DNA of 64,000 bases from Phyllosticta citribraziliensis (Eukaryota). Position numbers and translations under genes: made by a program. Below, in pieces: positions 12,688-23,632 of this stretch. Below the pieces are notes generated by a model. It was not told the DNA's origin, did not search any database, and worked only from the letters and a program-made list of their open reading frames with translations. The stretch spans positions 1,736,001-1,800,000 of the forward strand of contig NW_027117346.1 in the NCBI RefSeq assembly GCF_038025025.1. The letters are read 5' to 3'. How positions within the stretch are numbered: position 1 is the stretch's first letter; every line of letters starts with the position of its first letter.

Positions 12688-13871
12688 ATGCTGCCTTCGC
12701 TGCCAGCTCGCCGTAGCCTCTTGCGCTTCGCACAATGCGCCCATCGCGTCCAAGCTAGGCGCCAATCCACGGCTGCCCAGCCCAAGGTCGTCTTTTCCGG
12801 CATCCAGCCCACCGGCATTCCGCATCTGGGAAACCATCTCGGCGCTCTGCAGCAATGGGTCAAGCTGCAGGACAGTCTTGGTCCTGACGACACCGTCATA
12901 TACTCGATTGTCGACCTGCATGCTTTGACAATGCCCAAAGATGCCGCGCAACTGCGGCAATGGCGCACGCAGATGCTCGCGAGCCTGCTGGCCGTAGGCC
13001 TGGATCCGGCCAAGTCGACCATTTTCTACCAGTCCGACGTACGCCAGAGCACCTGAGCCTACACGCGCAAGGGCTATTAGACCGACTGACGGGTCTCCAG
13101 GTCCCTGCGCACTCGGAGCTCATGTGGTTGCTCAGCTGCCATGCCTCCGTGGGCTACCTTTCGCGAATGACGCAATGGAAGAGCAAGATGGACGTGTCAA
13201 ACGACAGCAGCGTCGACAGCACGGCCGTACGCAAAAAGCTCAAGCTGGGCCTCTTCTCGTATCCGGTCTTGCAAGCCGCCGACATCCTCGTGCACCGCGC
13301 GACCCACGTGCCCGTCGGCGATGACCAGCGCCAGCACCTCGAGTTTGCGCGCGAACTGGCTGTCGGCTTCAACGCCAATGTCCTGCGCGCTCCCGTCCTC
13401 GTCAAGCCCGAAACTCTCTTCTCCCCCGCTCGCCGCGTCATGTCGCTCGAAGACCCCGCAAAGAAGATGAGCAAGAGCCAGGGCTCCGACCTCTCCCGCA
13501 TCTACATTACAGACTCTGAAGAAGAAATTCGGCACAAGATTGTCAAGGCCCGCACAGACAGCGTGCCTGGTGTCTCGCACGACACGGAAGCGCGCCCTGC
13601 CGTCTCGAATCTGGTTGAGATCATGTGGCACTTGGGAGGAGCGGCGAGCGTCGACGACGTCGTCCACCAATGTAGAGATCTGGACATGAAGGCCTTCAAA
13701 TCAAAGGTTGCAGACACAATGGTGGAGCACCTAGCGCCCATACGCAGTCGCTATCTCGGCTACATGGACCGGCCGGACCGTCTGCGAGAAATTGCGGAGC
13801 ACGGTGCGGACAAGGCACGGAAAAGAGCTGGCGAGACGATGAGGCAGATCAAAGACGCTATCGGGCTTTAG
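12688..13871 (+). CDS. MSW1: mitochondrial tryptophanyl-tRNA synthetase
   Basis: Arg-rich presequence, FSGIQPTGIPHLGN (HIGH-type), IVDLHALT, YPVLQAADIL, VPVGDDQRQHLE, KMSKS; one intron at about 13039-13100. Confidence 0.95.
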
Positions 13872-14444
13872 AAGCCCTACGTGCGACCTTTCCAGGGTGT
13901 TCTCATGCGTCGGCTGTTCGATTCAGTGCCTCTGGTGTACGCGCGTCTTTCCAGTGCGGCATTACCATACAAAAGTTGGTTATACGCGTCAAAAAGCCTA
14001 GATGGTGAGAGCGATTCATGTTCCAATTAGGTAATTGACTGTTCTGAAGCATTGAAAAAGTCGGAAAGAAGGCGTACCACGAAAACGATAGACTTGATTG
14101 ATCACTTGTCAGATAGATTCCACGTCTTATCGTGGACAGTACATGGACTCATTGGAAGTGCTTGAAGGATTTCTCTCACTTGCAACCGTCATTATCTCTG
14201 TGACAGGATGCTGGCAATGGAATGCTTCTTGAATGCCTTGTCTTGTTGTTTTTTTTTTCTATCTTGACATCACCCTGGGCTTTGCACGCTCCCTATATGC
14301 GCCTCACGTAGATGTATGACGTCTCTCCATCCAATCCAATGTTCTCTTCACCACGGCACCTTCGCCGTCAAAGACCGAAAAGACAAAAAAGATCTTCCTC
14401 CAAACGAAACCGAGAAACCGTCACCTCATAAATGAAGCCACCAC

Positions 14445-16624
14445 TCACTGCCAAACCTGCATGTTCTTGACCTCGCAGCCCTCGCCCGTCGTCCTCTTGA
14501 CCAACCGACCCACCTCGTGCACGCTCTCGCCGTGCTCCTGCAGCACCTCGACCGCGCGGTCCTTGTTCTCGGGCGCCACGACGATGACCATGCCGAGGCC
14601 GGCGTTGAAGGCACGGACGAACTCGGCGTCCTCGACGGCGCCGGCCTTCTTGAGCCACGCAAAGACGTCGTGGACGGGCCACGAGCCCGCCTGCACCTCG
14701 GCCGACAGGTGTGCCGGCAGCATGCGTGGGATGTTTTCGACGAGGCCGCCGCCCGTGATGTGCGCCATGCCCTTGAGGAGGCTCTTGCGCGTGGCGGCGA
14801 GGAGCGAGCGCACGTAGATGCGCGTCGGCGTGAGCAGGCTGGCGCCAACCGTCTCGCCGGTCTTGCTCCACGGCGCTGGCGAGTGGAAGCTGAGGCCGGC
14901 GCGCTCGACAATCTTGCGGATGAGTGAGAAGCCGTTGGAGTGCGGGCCGTGCGATGACAGACCCAGCAGCACGTCGCCTTCGGCCATGGCCGCCGTGTCG
15001 GGCAGAATCGTGGCTTCGCGGGCGAGGGCACCGATGGCGGCACCGCCAGCGTCGTACTCGCCTGCTTGGTAAAGACCAGGCATCTCAGCCGTCTCACCAC
15101 CGACCAGTGTACAGTTGGCCTGCTTGCAGCCCTCGGCCACACCAGAAACAAAAGCTGCGGCCGAGGCGACATCCAGCTTGCTGCACGCGTAGTAGTCGAG
15201 GAACATGAGCGGCTCGGCGCCCTGGACGACCAGGTCGTTGACGTTCATGGCAACCAGGTCAATACCCACCGTGTCGTGCTTACCCATCTCAAATGCGATT
15301 TTGACCTTGGTGCCAATACCGTCAATGGCACCTACGAGGATGGGCGCCGAAGTGTATCCTGCGGCGGCCAGGTCAAAGGTTCCGCCAAAGCCACCAATGT
15401 CGGCGTCAGCACCCGGACGGCGGGTGGACTTGACCGACGCCTTGATCTTCTGAACAAGCTCGTTGCCTGCATCAATGCTGACACCGGCAGAGGCGTATGT
15501 CATGGCCTCTTGCTTCTCAGGGGTAGCCCTTTCGACAGTTGTACCGTCCTCGGCGGGCTCCAGGAGCTTCCAGATGCACTCAATGTTTTCCTTTTTGAAT
15601 TCATTGATCAAGTGGTTGGCGATGCCTTCAAAGTTGTGCGTTGCCAGAGCCAGGATGGTCGGGCCAGCACCGGACAAGCAGATACCGAGCAGACCTGGGT
15701 GGGATTTGGGAGTGACTGATTGCAGAATTTCTGTGAGTCCGGGGATGAGGGTCTTGCGGTAAGGTTGGTGAATCTTGTCCTGCATGCCCTCGTAAATCAT
15801 GCCAGGGTCTGGGGGAGATTCGCCCAGGGCGGTCGTCAACAGTGCAATTCTCTGCAGGTTGAAGACCATGTCGGAACGAGAGTACTTTTCCGGAAGGACT
15901 CCTCTGGCCTTGGCAGTCGAGACCTCGAATTGGGGTATTATGGCAATGCACTTGATTTCCTTTGCCCACTTGAACTTTTTGTAGTGGCCAATGTTGAGTG
16001 GGGGCTCCGGCGGCTGCAGACCAGTGTCGACACCACCTGCTGGCTCGGGCAGGACCTCTGCCAGAGGGATTTCCTTGCGGGCCATGTCTTCGGGATCCAA
16101 CTCGTTGAGATAGGTCCCGACGAATCCACCGTAGAGTGCGGCGGCGACGTTGTCCGGATGTCTTTCAATCATCAAGCAGTAGTCCAGCATTCTGGCCTTG
16201 GTGAGACCAAGCTTTCCGACTTCATTTCCAAGGTTTACACCAGCGACCTGGGCAGGCATCAGCCGGCGCATGATCTGGCGCATCCAACGTTCCAACTCAC
16301 CACTGCGGCTCCACTGCTCCCCAAGCCTCTTCCGAGCGGAATTGGGTTTTTGATGTGGACATGTACGCCCGGGAATGTCCTTTGGCCATGGCACTTGAGA
16401 ACGTAGAGGGCGGTGCGGGTGATGAGATTGCTGTCTGGGTCCAGGCTGACTTCATCTTGACCTTCGCCTTCGTAGGTTATGCGACAGTTGAGAGGGCTGG
16501 ATTGTGCGGCGGCGTCGTTGGGGGTGACGTGAAGCTCGAGGTAGATGGAGAGGGCGAGGCCGATGACATCGAAGCCGGGGCCGATGTTGGCGGAGGAGCA
16601 GGGGACTTTGATGACGGAGGCCAT
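14445..16624 (-). CDS. homoserine kinase (THR1-like) - AIR synthetase (PurM/ADE7-like) fusion protein, about 708 aa, one intron 16248-16300
   Basis: N-terminal part: VPCSSANIGPGFDV, NPIPLGRGLGSSGAAV (GHMP motif), ERHPDN, DKIHQPYR, LSGAGPT. It continues without a stop into MTYASAGVSIDAGN, IGGFGG, DGIGTK, GIDLVAMNVND, GGETAEMPG, HSNGFSL, AHITGGG and FNAGLG (PurM motifs). Confidence 0.93.
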
Positions 16625-16944
16625 GGTGGTACGTTAGAGAATAGTGTGCGCAGTCAGCGACCTCGGTAGGCTCGCTGGACGAGGCTTTCTGCGGTGGTTC
16701 GAGATGGAGTCAACCCTCTGGCCCAGCCCTATTGCACGCGAAGGAAAACTGGGAGCAAGGATCACGCGTTTCTCGTGTCCGCACCGGCGCGGAGCTAGCG
16801 GCGGCAGACGCGGCAACCACTTCTTGGCCAGGCGTGCCCCGCAAATCGGACCATCTCCACCAAAATTTCAGAGCTTGCGCCGCGGGGCATTGCACTGTGA
16901 GCCAGACAACCCTCAATCGATCCTTCGACTTCGACCCTGACACA
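16625..16944. promoter_or_regulatory. 320-bp bidirectional promoter between THR1-AIRS and GARS, with a TGACTC (Gcn4/CpcA/Bas1-type) site at 16707-16712
   Basis: Divergent ATGs at 16624 and 16945; GGAGTCAA reads TTGACTCC on the minus strand. Confidence 0.6.
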
Positions 16945-18277
16945 ATGGCCGACATTCGCGTCCTCATCGTCGGCAACGGCGGCCGTGAGCATGCCATTGC
17001 ATGGAAGCTCGCCCAGTCCCCGCGCATCGACCAAATCTTTGTTGTCCCCGGCAACGGCGGCACCGGCGCCCTCGACAAGACCAAGAACATTGAGACGGTC
17101 AAAGCCGACGACTTCCCCGGACTCGTCAAATTCGCCCTCGAGAATGACGTCAACCTTCTTGTCCCTGGTCCCGAGGCTCCCCTCGTCGACGGCATCGTAG
17201 ACCACTTCAAGGCCAATGCTCCCAAGATTCGCGCCTTTGGTCCTTCGGGCGATGCCGCCCGCATGGAGGGCAGCAAGACCTTCTCCAAGGACTTTATGAA
17301 GCGCCACAACATTCCCACCGCTGCCTATCAAAACTTTACCTCGCACGATGCCGCCCGCGCATACCTGGACAGCGTCGACCACCCCGTCGTCATCAAGGCC
17401 GACGGCCTGGCTGCTGGCAAAGGCGTCATCATTCCCACAACAAAAGAGGAGGGCCACAAGGCGCTCAAGGACATTATGCTGGACCGGGAGTTCGGTGCTG
17501 CCGGCGACGAGGTCGTCATTGAGGAGTTCCTCGAGGGTGACGAGCTCAGCATTTTGAGCTTCAGCGACGGAACCACCATCCAGAGCCTGCCACCTGCACA
17601 GGACCACAAGCGCATCTTTGACGGCGATCAGGGCCCCAACACTGGCGGCATGGGTACATACTCTCCCACTCGTATTGCTCCCAAGGAGGTGGTGGACAAG
17701 ATTCACAAGGAGATCCAGCAGCCCACCATTGACGGCATGCGGGCTGAAGGTATGGTATGACTCCTTCAACCATTGGATGGGATGCTGATGGACATCAGGC
17801 TACCCCATGGTTGGTTGTCTCTTCACTGGTCTCATGATGACCAAGAACGGACCCAAAGTACTTGAGTACAACGTCCGCTTTGGCGACCCAGAGACCCAGT
17901 CACTGCTGCCCCTCTTGGAGACGGACCTGGCTGAAATCATGCTGGCCGGTGCCGAGGGTAAGCTTGGTGGCTTCGAGGTCAAGGTTGCCGACAGAGCTGC
18001 TACGACTGTGGTGGTGGCTGCTGGTGGGTACCCTGGACCCTATAAGAAGGGCATCGAGATGAAGCTGGATCCCGTCCCTGAAGACACGGTCCACTTTCAC
18101 GCCGGCACGAGCCTCAAGGACGGCGTCTTTCGCACTGCTGGTGGACGCGTCATTGCGTCGACTGCATGGGCACCGACTCTGGAGGAGGCGGTCAAGAAGG
18201 CGTACAAGGGCGTCGAGGCCATTCACTTTGAGGGCATGCAGTATCGAAGGGACATTGCCGGCCGGGCTTTGAGGTGA
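16945..18277 (+). CDS. stand-alone phosphoribosylamine-glycine ligase (GARS, PurD/ADE5 domain only), intron 17750-17798
   Basis: VLIVGNGGREHAIAWKL, PGNGG, VPGPEAPL, EGSKTFSKDFM, VIKADGLAAGKGV, QDHKR..DGDQGPNTGGMG, EYNVRFGDPETQ, FHAGT, GGRV. Ends YRRDIAGRALR-stop with no AIRS domain. Confidence 0.95.
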
Positions 18278-18874
18278 TTTCCAAGGTGAGTGACTGACAA
18301 ACAGTCGGCATATGCGCCGGAGCATTTTGATGCTCGAGAAAAGGCATGAAATAGTAGAATTCCAGAAGCAAGGCTTTCGACACGTGCCTGTCGGTAGAAG
18401 AGTAAAACAAGCGTGAGGAGAGGTCGACGAGAAAAAGTGGAAGTACATGTGAAGGAGCACAGCTTACAAGTCAACAATCGATGCGACTTCAAAGCTCTTC
18501 TCAAGTGCCTCACCAACGAATTTGAATTCCTCAGCATGCACGCGGGATGAAGCTTGAAATTATAAAACTCAGTCTTGGTGATTCCTGCTGGTGTACCAAA
18601 TGCCGACCCCGGTCTTGCACTAGTCCTGTGCCGTTCCCGTCACACCGCCCGCCAAGACGTCCGCTCACCAACCAGCCGTAGCCCATCTCCGTCAACGTCG
18701 TCATTCCATTCTGACATCAAGCCATCCAGCAAAAAGTCTCCACGACCACTCCCACTCGCTCGCAGAATCGTCCGCTACTGTGAGCCTCCACCTACCACTG
18801 CCACTCGATTGCGACCGTTTCCGCTCCGACCACCGCCGACCGCCGCAGCTCTCCGATAGTACTCGACCGCCATA

Positions 18875-19494
18875 ATGAAGCCCGTCGTTTCTGCTCTGAA
18901 TGCATGGACATGGTACGCGCCAGCACCCCGACCGATATGTCTCATGGCTCGCATACTGCAGTCTGTCTGCTTGTATGAGGGCTTGTGGATGTTTCGCGAA
19001 TGATCATTCCCAGCTTATGGACCTTTGGATCCCGCTAACACGACGCCGCAGCATCGTCGTGTCTGTTTTCGCAATCGTAATCCTGTCCGTCATCGGCTCG
19101 CTGTTCAAGGTAGGTCTATCGATACCTCTTCGAAACGTCAAATCATAATCCGCTGCTATGGTCCCCGCCACTGCTCCTCCGCAATACCACATCGATTGTC
19201 AACTACAATCTACCACCACTGGACAAGGGACTAGCTAACGCGAGGTGCTCGCAGACCAACAACCATGTCATGATGGGCTCGACGGAAGATCCAGAGAACG
19301 GCCAGGTCGTCGCCGCCTCGGTATTCGGCGCAGTAGCAGTCTACGGTGTACGTCTTCGGCTTCCGCCTCGCTCTCCCCCGCCACCAAAAGCATTCTAACA
19401 ATCCTCTGCTGCTTAGGTCTTCCTCGTCTTTTGTGCCGGACAAGCATATCTGCACGTGCGCGAGAGTCGGCGCGGCGCCATCGCGCTGTCCTAA
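18875..19494 (+). CDS. small two-TM protein, V-ATPase V0 subunit f / RNASEK-like (about 88 aa; exons 18875-18912, 19052-19109, 19255-19347, 19417-19494)
   Basis: Spliced product MKPVVSALNAWTCIVVSVFAIVILSVIGSLFKTNNHVMMGSTEDPENGQVVAASVFGAVAVYGVFLVFCAGQAYLHVRESRRGAIALS; all three introns are GT..AG with CTAAC branch points. Confidence 0.8.
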
Positions 19495-20756
19495 CCGCTC
19501 TTCCTTCCCATCCCGATTTCCTCGCCCTTGCTTGAAAATACAGTACATGCATGTCTGCAGTTAGACGCACATTTTGCGCGCCGTGGCCTTTGTTGCGCTA
19601 GAGCTTAGTCTCGTGGGGATGGTGCCCATCGTCGCGTGGTGGTTGGGGGAGACGGCGCGTAGGTGCTAGTGTGGCCAGAGCCTGGAGCTGCAAACGCAAT
19701 GATAAGACAGTTGGTCCAGTCCAGCGCGGGCCGTGTTGGGCTATTCTTGTTCTACTGCTTTGACTGGCGAAGCCTCCCTGCGCATCTGCCCTGCCATTTC
19801 CTTTCCGCCTCGCCTGTGTTGCTTGGGAACTGACTCGGAGATGGCCCACACCAAAACGTCTTTTCGGCTCGGGATGACCCCGCTGCTTCTGCCTTTTCCT
19901 TGTCGATTCTGGCCACGTCGTGGATGGCTTGTTGGTCTGCTTTTTGGTTTCTATGTACAGGTATATTTGTATGTAGGCGTTTTGGGGATTGTGGGTTGGT
20001 AGGTAGGTCTTATTTACAGGGACTGACTTTCTGAGTGGTCCGTTTCCAACAAGACTGTCGCGAATGGGCATGTTATTGCTTGCTGCATTGCGCTGTTGGT
20101 GCTGAAGTGCAGAATCGGCTTGTCAGTTGCATGAAAAGCAGCAATCGCTGCCTGGCATTTTTCCATGAATTGGTTGCTCGTGATGACTCTCCAGCCCTTG
20201 TTATGATAGACTTTCAAACCAGTGATCATCCAAAAGCGTGAAGCGCGATCAGTAAACATAAAAGTACGGCTGTTGGGCTCCCAGCAATAATGCAGATTAA
20301 CTGATTCTTCGTCCTTGGACAACGTCGTTCATTCGCTCTGGACATAAATTATATAGCTTTGTGTCACCGCGTATAAGCAGTAGAACTGTGCTCTGCGGAT
20401 GAAGATGCATACTTGGTGCATCTCGACGTTTCCATGTTGAGAAGGTAAAGCATCACGGGGCTTCTGACTGGAGTCGTCTGACTGGAGTCGCTCACTAGCT
20501 CCGCCAGCGTTATTGAGATGAAGGTATCCATCCCCATGAAGACGCTGCGAATGCTTGCTCTTATGTGCTTGGAACAGGCACGTCGAGTGCTGTCGAGCGT
20601 TCGGTTGGCCGTCGACATCCCTGCCCACCAGTCACCTATTTTGAGCAAGACCACGACGTTCCTGCCGCCCACTGGCAGATACTGAGGTGCTCTTGCCCCG
20701 CGCCTTCCCTTCTCCCCCCGTTCCTGCCCCAACATCGCGCTGTGCCACATACCACC

Positions 20757-20780
20757 ACCCCTGAGCCCCTGAGCCCCTGA
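20757..20780. repeat. (CCCCTGAG)n short tandem repeat, about 3 units
   Basis: accc ctgagcccct gagcccctga. Confidence 0.7.
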
Positions 20781-20864
20781 AATCCCCCAAAACTTCACCA
20801 GCACCTCCAGGACGCAAAACGAGAACGATATACTCATGAAATAGCATCAAAAGAGCAAAAGAAA

Positions 20865-20950
20865 TGCGTCGGCCGGGAATCGAACCCGGGGCTGATCGAG
20901 AATGCAGAGATGCATGGCAACGATCAATTTTACCACTAAACCACCAACGC
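20865..20950 (-). tRNA. tRNA-Gly(GCC), 15-nt intron (20900-20914)
   Basis: Reverse complement GCGTTGGTGGTTTAGTGGTAAAATTGATCG-TTGCCA[TGCATCTCTGCATTC]T-CGATCAGCCCCGGGTTCGATTCCCGGCCGACGCA folds as a cloverleaf. Confidence 0.93.
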
Positions 20951-20974
20951 AGGGGGAGGGAGTGGAAAACCCAA

Positions 20975-21053
20975 TGCGCCAGCCGCGAATCGAACGCGGG
21001 GCTGATCGAGTCATTGATGGCAACGATCAATTTTACCACTAAACCACTGGCGC
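20975..21053 (-). tRNA. tRNA-Gly(GCC), 8-nt intron (21010-21017)
   Basis: Reverse complement GCGCCAGTGGTTTAGTGGTAAAATTGATCG-TTGCCA[TCAATGAC]T-CGATCAGCCCCGCGTTCGATTCGCGGCTGGCGCA folds as a cloverleaf. Confidence 0.93.
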
Positions 21054-22257
21054 TTTGATGAGGTTTCCGTTCGAAAAACACTATTATGTTTTAGTGTCTT
21101 GGCAAAGAACAACAGTAATGTGTCCGCCTATGCAATTCTGCTGCTAATATTCGTCTCAGGCATTTGAAGGGTCGGGTGAATGCAGTATTCTTCGTCAGAT
21201 ATGTCTCAGGCACCGGTGGTGCTGTATGTTATGGAAGTGAAGTTTGCTGGTATTGCCGAGGCTAGGGAATTGACGTCATACATCTCTTTTTCTTCATTTC
21301 CCCAAAATCAACATTTGTCACCTCGGCCAAGAACAACAGGTCGTCGCTCACATCTCTCTGCATGTTCACCATCGAGATAATCCGACGTCTGGATGCGTGA
21401 TTTTACCGTTTGTCATCGACATATGGCACACGTGACGCTCCTCTCTCCGCAGTGGATCCCTTTCCATTACCTTTCCGTCAGCCGCATAGGTATGCAAAAG
21501 GCGGAAATGGTATGACGGAAGAGGAAACTACAGATTTTCAAGAAGTGTTTGGTCCATGTGTCTTTCAACCGGACTTGGATTTTTGAAATAATCCGATGCT
21601 CAGAATTTTGTCGAACTACGCGCTTTTCATGTCCAACAGAGCTGAAATCTGCTCCTTATCACCACTTGAGAGGCATATCAAGAATATCTGAAAATTGCCC
21701 TCTATCGCCGCTCTCGTTTCTCGAAAAACTTCACGCACTTTCGGTACAACCTCGTACTCGCTCGCAAACGACTCGCAAACCGAACACTACCAGAACAATG
21801 GAGAAAAGTCCAAGGGGCGAAGAACGGCATGCGAGGCCAGCAGCACAGCAGTGAATCGACGGTATCTCCATCTAATGCCGCTTATCCCCGGATGAAAACT
21901 GCTCGTTTAGGAAAGGACCCACTTGCATCGACGACACCTGTCCCTGAGTCGGACAGGTTGACGTCGCGTTTGCATGCGTTGCCGCCAGGAATGAACAAGG
22001 CTCGGGCCGTCACAGCTATCAGGATGTCACTGGTAACGGAGAGAAGCTCGTCGTACGTAGGGCAGTCCACCACCTCCTGGGCTTTGCGGAGTTAAGCGGC
22101 TGCCATTTTTTGTGCTGCGAGGACAGGAGATGGGCTTTTAGAAGAGTATTTATTTGGCTGGTAGCTACCAAAATGCTGTTCAGTGCTTTCACAGTCCAGT
22201 GTTCTCCTCAATACTCACCCTCAACTCACCCCCGAATACCCACCGATACCCAGCAAA

Positions 22258-23337
22258 ATGGCAGTTGGAAAGAGCGCCATCAACGTCGTCCTCGGCGCCA
22301 TGACGATTGGCAAGCCCGGTACGTTTTCCCCACGCGTCGACCATACTCGCAGCGACACCAACTGATGCAGCATAACAGGACACGAAGGCATCCGCGTGAC
22401 CTCGATCGACGAAGTCAAGAACTTCTTCCGCATCTTCCGCGCCCACGGACACACCGAAGTCGACACGGCGCGCGTCTACGGCGGCGGATCGACAGAAGAG
22501 GTGCTGGCGGCGGCCGACTGGCAAGGCTTCGGGATCACCATGGAGACCAAGCTGTACCCGACGGCAGGCAAGGGCATTGGATGGATGTACGCCGACGAGA
22601 TCTCACACACGCCAGCGGACGTGCGGCGCGGGCTCATGCAGAGCTTGAAGGCCCTCAACGCGGACAAAATCGACACCTTCTACCTGCACGGCCCGGACCG
22701 CAGCACGCCGTACGAGGAGACGCTGCGCGAGGTCAACGCCCTGCACCGCGAGGGCTACTTCACGCGCTTCGGCATCAGCAACTACCAGTCGTGGGAGGTG
22801 GCGCAGATTTGCGAAATCTGCCGCCGCAACGGCTGGATCATGCCCACGCTGTACCAGGGCCTGTACAACGCGCTGCACCGCGTCGTCGAGGCCGAGCTGA
22901 TCCCCTGCCTGCGCCACTACGGCATTGCGCTGTACGTCTTCAACCCGCTGGCCGGCGGCTTCTTGACCAGCCGTTACCACCGCGAGCAAGACGACACGGC
23001 CGAGGAGGGCAGCCGCTTCGACCCCAAGCGCAAGCAGGGCGCCCTTCACCGTGGTCGCTACTGGAACGACGCCCACTTCGGCGCGCTGGACCTGCTGCGT
23101 CCCGTCGCTGCGAAGCACGGCATTGGCGAGGCTGAGGCCGCGCTGCGCTGGTTGGCGCATCATTCCGCGCTGAGCAAGGACAAGGGCGACGCTGTCATTG
23201 TCGGCGCCAGCAGCTCGAAGCACCTCGAGGAGAACTTGGTGGCGTTGGAGAAGGGCCCGCTGCCGGATGACGTCGTTGAGGCGCTGAATCAGGGATGGGA
23301 GTTGGCCAGGGGCCTGCCGCTCAAGTACTGGCATTAA
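22258..23337 (+). CDS. aldo-keto reductase, AKR7/aflatoxin B1 aldehyde reductase-like
   Basis: VVLGAMTIG, EVDTARVYGGGSTE, ETKLYP, IDTFYLHGPDR, FGISNYQSWEV, YQGLYNALHR, FNPLAGG, IVGASS; one intron near 22319-22378. Confidence 0.92.
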
Positions 23338-23632
23338 GTTGAGTCGAGACGAGGTCAAGCTGAGGATCCGGAGATGATCGCACGGGGGCGGCTGATCGAC
23401 CAACTTTATCCGCGGACGTGGAAATGTTCCTTTTTCGGTCGATGTTTGGGAGTGATTATCGGGCATGTCATAGCGCAACATCAGCATGGATAGACGCAGG
23501 ATAGAGCACCAAAAGCAAACTCCGTTTTTTGCGTGGCAAAAGTTGAACACCATCGCTACATACATCGTGTTGAATAAGTGTTGCACGGAATATCGCACAT
23601 GGAGAAAGAAAAGTACTCAGCTTCAGGCGCAC

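Noticed and set aside
14445..16247. Apparent GC/codon-bias shift within the THR1-AIRS gene as evidence of the fusion breakpoint
   Set aside because: By eye the shift lies near 15050-15300, inside AIRS rather than at the junction, so it is not diagnostic.
2106..21053. Apparent clustering of tRNA-related loci (tRNA-Ala, RIT1, MSW1, two tRNA-Gly) and Gly tRNAs near glycine-using GARS
   Set aside because: Different compartments and substrates with unrelated genes interspersed; chance is an adequate explanation.
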